A DNA stretch of 62,978 nucleotides, counting the filler, from Klebsormidium nitens (taxonomy: Eukaryota; Plantae; Klebsormidiophyceae), in the NCBI GenBank assembly GCA_000708835.1. It is 9 parts of 9 records of this genome, joined end to end, with 100 filler letters (N's around TTAATTAATTAA, not from the genome) between each part and the next. Parts side by side here need not be neighbours in the genome. Positions count along the whole stretch, not along the records: positions 48,700 to 62,978 come from DF238048.1; 8 more parts are not named here. One strand, 5' to 3'. The notes below the pieces were generated by a model. That model was not told the DNA's origin. It saw only the letters and a program-made list of their open reading frames with translations, and searched no databases. The translations under genes were made by a program, and so were the position numbers. This document shows positions 59,301-62,978 of the stretch, one piece after another; the first letter of the stretch is position 1; every line of letters begins with the position of its first letter.

Positions 59301-62300
59301 GCTTAAACTTCAGAGGCAATAAAGGCCGTTGAGGCTGTTCAAGTTGAAGTAGACTTACTGGGTGATGACGTGGCAGTTGGGGTGGAAGTCGGGCTCGCTG
59401 ACGTGGCGGTCGGGGTGGGGGTCGGGCCTGCTGACGTGGCAGTCGGGGTAGGGGTGGGCGTGGCAGAGGAGCCGTTGAGGCTCAGAACAACGTTTCTCAT
59501 TACTGCAAGAAGAGAACAACGAAGGTAAAGTCAATTGGACCGCGCGTTTGAATAAGAGGCGTCCGCGAAAAGGATGCTGTGGTTCGACACCGGCCGTCAC
59601 GGTGCCGTCACACGAAGAGTGTCGGTAATGGCCTCCGTCAAAGCGGGGCTCTAGGTGGCGACCTTCGCATGCGGATCCAACGCCAGAATGCGCTGGAGGC
59701 TGGAAACCGGGCGCGGCCCCTTCCAACAATGACAAATTGCGACATTTCGGCGTCGAGTCGGAGCTCTTGGTGGCGACCTGCTAACAATTAGGATTAGGCC
59801 AAAGTGTCGCTGCGATTGCGGCGCCCAGTTCCGCCTCTGAGCTTGGAGCCGGCGGCAGCTTTACCGATTGTCCATGGGAGCTCTCTGGTAGTGACACGTG
59901 ATTTTACGTGGAATGAATCAATAACTTCGCCGTTCCTCGGCGGCGCCTCTCAACATTATTCAAGCGAGCGAAGATTTACCCGGCAGCTGGATTGGACATA
60001 CCGCATTCCGGCGGCCAGTTCCGCGAGGAACGAATTAGCCATAAACGTCGCTGCAAACTAGAATTCGCTTTCGTTATTACGCTCGTCTTACCTCCCGGGG
60101 TTTCAGGAACGGTGAAGCTTGTTGTCGTTGTGACGCCGCCGACGGTAATCTTCGCTTCGAAGTTGCCGAAAAAGGCGTTGAACGTCGGCAGCCGTCCGCT
60201 ACTGTCGGTTGTGCCGGTTCGAGGCGGCGTTGTGAACTCGTTCTTCAGAGCCTGCACGAGACAGTTTGATTTCAGCTTTGATTTGAAGCCTTCAACCAAC
60301 ACCCTGCAAGCATCATCTTCTTTTTCAGCAATCGTTTAAGACGGTCTTAACCGAGAATAAGAAGCATCATCTTCGTCTCTATCCCATCTTTATCCCGTCT
60401 TTATCCCATCTTTATCCCGTCTTTATCGCTTTGAAGTGGACTTCGAGCATAAAAAGAGATTGCGGGTTTACCCGGTGCTGGTGGCATACGGGGAGGGCGG
60501 CCTCGATTGCCGTCTTTTCAAAAAGGAAGAAAGGCGAGATTATCCACAATAATCCGCAACCATTCGCGTCAAAAAAAGGAATGGAGTAACGACAAGCAAA
60601 ACTGACCATCACTCTCTGCCCGGTGTTGCACCGGCGGCATTCAGCGTGAAGTCTAGGTTGACAAGGCACGCGTTGCACTGTCCGCCGTTCTTGGCATACG
60701 CAGACGGCGGATGGTTCTTGTACCGAATAGCCAGAAGGAACAAGCCAGACCGATCCACAACGATCGCAACAATACGTACTGAAATAGGGGATGGAGAATT
60801 AACGAGCAAGACGTCCCATCACTCTCTGCCCGGCAGCATTCAGCGTGAAATCCAAGTTGACCAGGCACTCGCGGAAGATGAACTCCAGATAGTCGGCGCG
60901 CTTGTTGACGTCCAGGATATTGACGTTCACTTCGGACATCCAAATGGGAATGCCGGCGCTCGCGATCTTGTCGAGGCGGGCGCGTAGCTGGAGGGGCTCG
61001 ACGCCCAAAAATTGGCCCTGCGGAAGCATTATCACCTCATTAGTCTTTTAGTGTATTGAAGGAGGTACCATTCATCTTGAGGAACATGAGAAAACAAGTC
61101 CAACTCGCAGGAGGTGAGTAAGTTGTAGGAGCGCGCGCGCAGCTTGGAGTGGTCGACCTGCATGGATGGCCTTTTTGAACGATTACTCTTACATTGAAAG
61201 ACGTTTAGATACAAAGAGGAAGATGTAATATCCAGGGAAAGCAAATCTAGACGAGTCCAGATTGTAGGCGTCGGCAATCTTGTCGAGGCGCGCGCGCAGC
61301 CGAAGGCGCTCAAATCCCAGGAACTGGCCCTGCAGAAAGATTGTCCTTTTAGAGTGGTTTCGAAGTTCTAATACTGTCGAGAACCAATCTTAACGACTTT
61401 CCCTCTCCTCCTGAAACAAGAGGAAAGATATGCAAACCGCAGGATCTGCAATCTTATTGTCGCGAGCGCGCACCTGGAGGGGCCCAATCGAAAACCCAAG
61501 TGACATCAGCGGGGCTCGTTCATTTTGATAATTTTGTGAGAGTTTGGGGCCAGTAAAAGCACTTACCTGAAAGGCCAGGATGTCGATTGGGAGCCCACGT
61601 GACGTCAACGCATTGAGCTGCTGCAGGTAGAACTCGGGATAGGCTACGGGATCGGAGCACGTCTCCACCAAGTTGTAGTCTGCAAAGAACAACGAAAGTG
61701 GATTCTCGACTCGACAGCGACATGATGTTGACGAACAATATTTTGCCAGCTCGTTATAACGAGATTCACCGAGAATTCTCAATCGGAGCATGTCCCCATG
61801 AGATCGAAAAACAAAATCAGCAGAAATCATCGTTGTACACTTACCCCCTAGTATTTCCCGCGGCTCAAAGGATCTGATTGGTCGCCTTTCGTACGTTGTT
61901 AGACGTCAACGGAGCAAAAGTGAAAATCCACTAGCTTATTAACAGCGAGATTTCAAGGCATGCTTAATCTTAGTGTCGAGCTTTCTTCTACATACCGTTG
62001 AGGGCGTTCTTCACGCTGGGGTCGATCTGCTTCACGGCTGGGTACATCCAGTCATCGATTGCGTTTCCAAGTTTGTTCTCGTAGTACCTGGGCAGGAAAA
62101 TTGCTCAACTTAATATGATAAGCAAGAGATTCCATGGTGATTCAAATAAAGATGTGGAGGCTCCGTTCTTAACAGGCTTCATGCACGGATGATTCTTGAA
62201 AGCTGCTACCTCGCCGGACCTTGAAAGATGGCCAGAAAAACAGTTTCTCGACACCCGAAGGCTTGTCAGTCTAGGGGCACGGACAGGCTGAGGGTTTTGC

Positions 62301-62743
62301 CCCGAGGCGCTTCTGCTCCCGGGACGGAACGGACCGAAACGGAACGGAAGGAACGGGACGGATCATGCACCAGTCATGCACCGGGGATCCGTCCCGGGGT
62401 GCGGGACAGCTGCGCTCAGGCGACCGGGCACGAGCGCTCGGCCCTCTTCCAGCGCCTGGTGAATACTGGGGCCGAGGCAATCGTAGTGGCTTTTAGGGGC
62501 CACGCACCTGTCTGATTGGGCTCCATCCGCAGCCTTCTGGGCTGATCTAGACCTATAAGCTGGCCTGATTTTGCTTCTGAGTAATTTCATCGAAGTCGGT
62601 CAAAGTCGGGCTCAATGTTGGGATGTTTCTCGCTAGCAGGATTCGAGTCAGCCGTTTTGGGGACGTGTTTCCCAGGGCATAGGGGTTCAATGGAAGACTC
62701 ACCCTCCTTTAAACTGCTCGTTATTGACATCCCAGTGAATGAC
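56315..62743 (-). CDS. GH10 endo-xylanase-like protein with Pro/Thr linkers and two Cys-rich modules; 5' part not found in window; internally disrupted
   Basis: Exons: 62743-62703 (HWDVNNE acid/base), 62087-61996, 61679-61567 (DYN), 61017-60869 (IPIWMSE nucleophile), ~60605-60720, 60251-60092, 59502-59359, 58696-58658, 58150-58113, 57735-57357, 56880-56837, 56422-56315 (stop). Confidence 0.85.
57385..57560 (-). repeat. 21-bp coding tandem repeat (PTPGPVN)n
   Basis: ccccgggaccggttaacccga-type unit repeated about 8 times inside exon 57735-57357. Confidence 0.9.
60378..60428. repeat. 11-bp intronic tandem repeat (tttatcccRtc)x4-5
   Basis: Read directly from the sequence. Confidence 0.85.
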
Positions 62744-62978
62744 CTGCAACCAGTGCAGTACCGCCGTTCAGAGAGAGGGGAAATAGTAGCGCTGTCGTGC
62801 GATATGACGTCCTTGCGAGATGACGTCCTTGACATGCGATCATGGTCAGAATGAAAAAGATATGTACAATCATAGGCACACATCATCATCTCATGATCCT
62901 ACTACCTATATATATACTACCTATAACTACCCTATAGGTCGTCGATCTTGGTCCTCTGAGGTACTTGGACGATCTTGG

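Noticed and set aside
62320-62400. GGAAC-type short repeats with a small hairpin
   Set aside because: Intronic low-complexity sequence without TIR or TSD.

Overview
Eukaryotic, intron-rich draft-genome window with N-gaps. The ~50-55% GC, GT-AG introns and gene set suggest a green alga, probably a streptophyte like Klebsormidium (inference). Host genes, spliced by hand: an ankyrin+TPR protein, a TraB-domain protein, an incomplete membrane-anchored kelch protein, an FTR1 iron permease and a disrupted GH10 xylanase with Pro/Thr linkers. A repeated 6-Cys knottin-like module occurs in the GH10 gene and in a second partial gene. Two intronless, gene-dense blocks look like giant-virus (Nucleocytoviricota) DNA. 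Block 1 (17.0-25.0 kb) has RNR small subunit, deoxynucleoside kinase, a kinase and a T5orf172 gene. It also holds a complete IS607-type element: serine-recombinase TnpA, an overlapping Fanzor2/TnpB nuclease with intact RuvC triad, and a hairpin-rich putative omegaRNA. Block 2 (41.2-43.9 kb) has an A32 packaging ATPase and a penton-like protein. Mobile DNA also includes a decayed DIRS-order tyrosine-recombinase retrotransposon split by a PIF/Harbinger MITE, and a long-TIR element with a 7-bp TSD. All family assignments come from motif recognition only; no searches were run.
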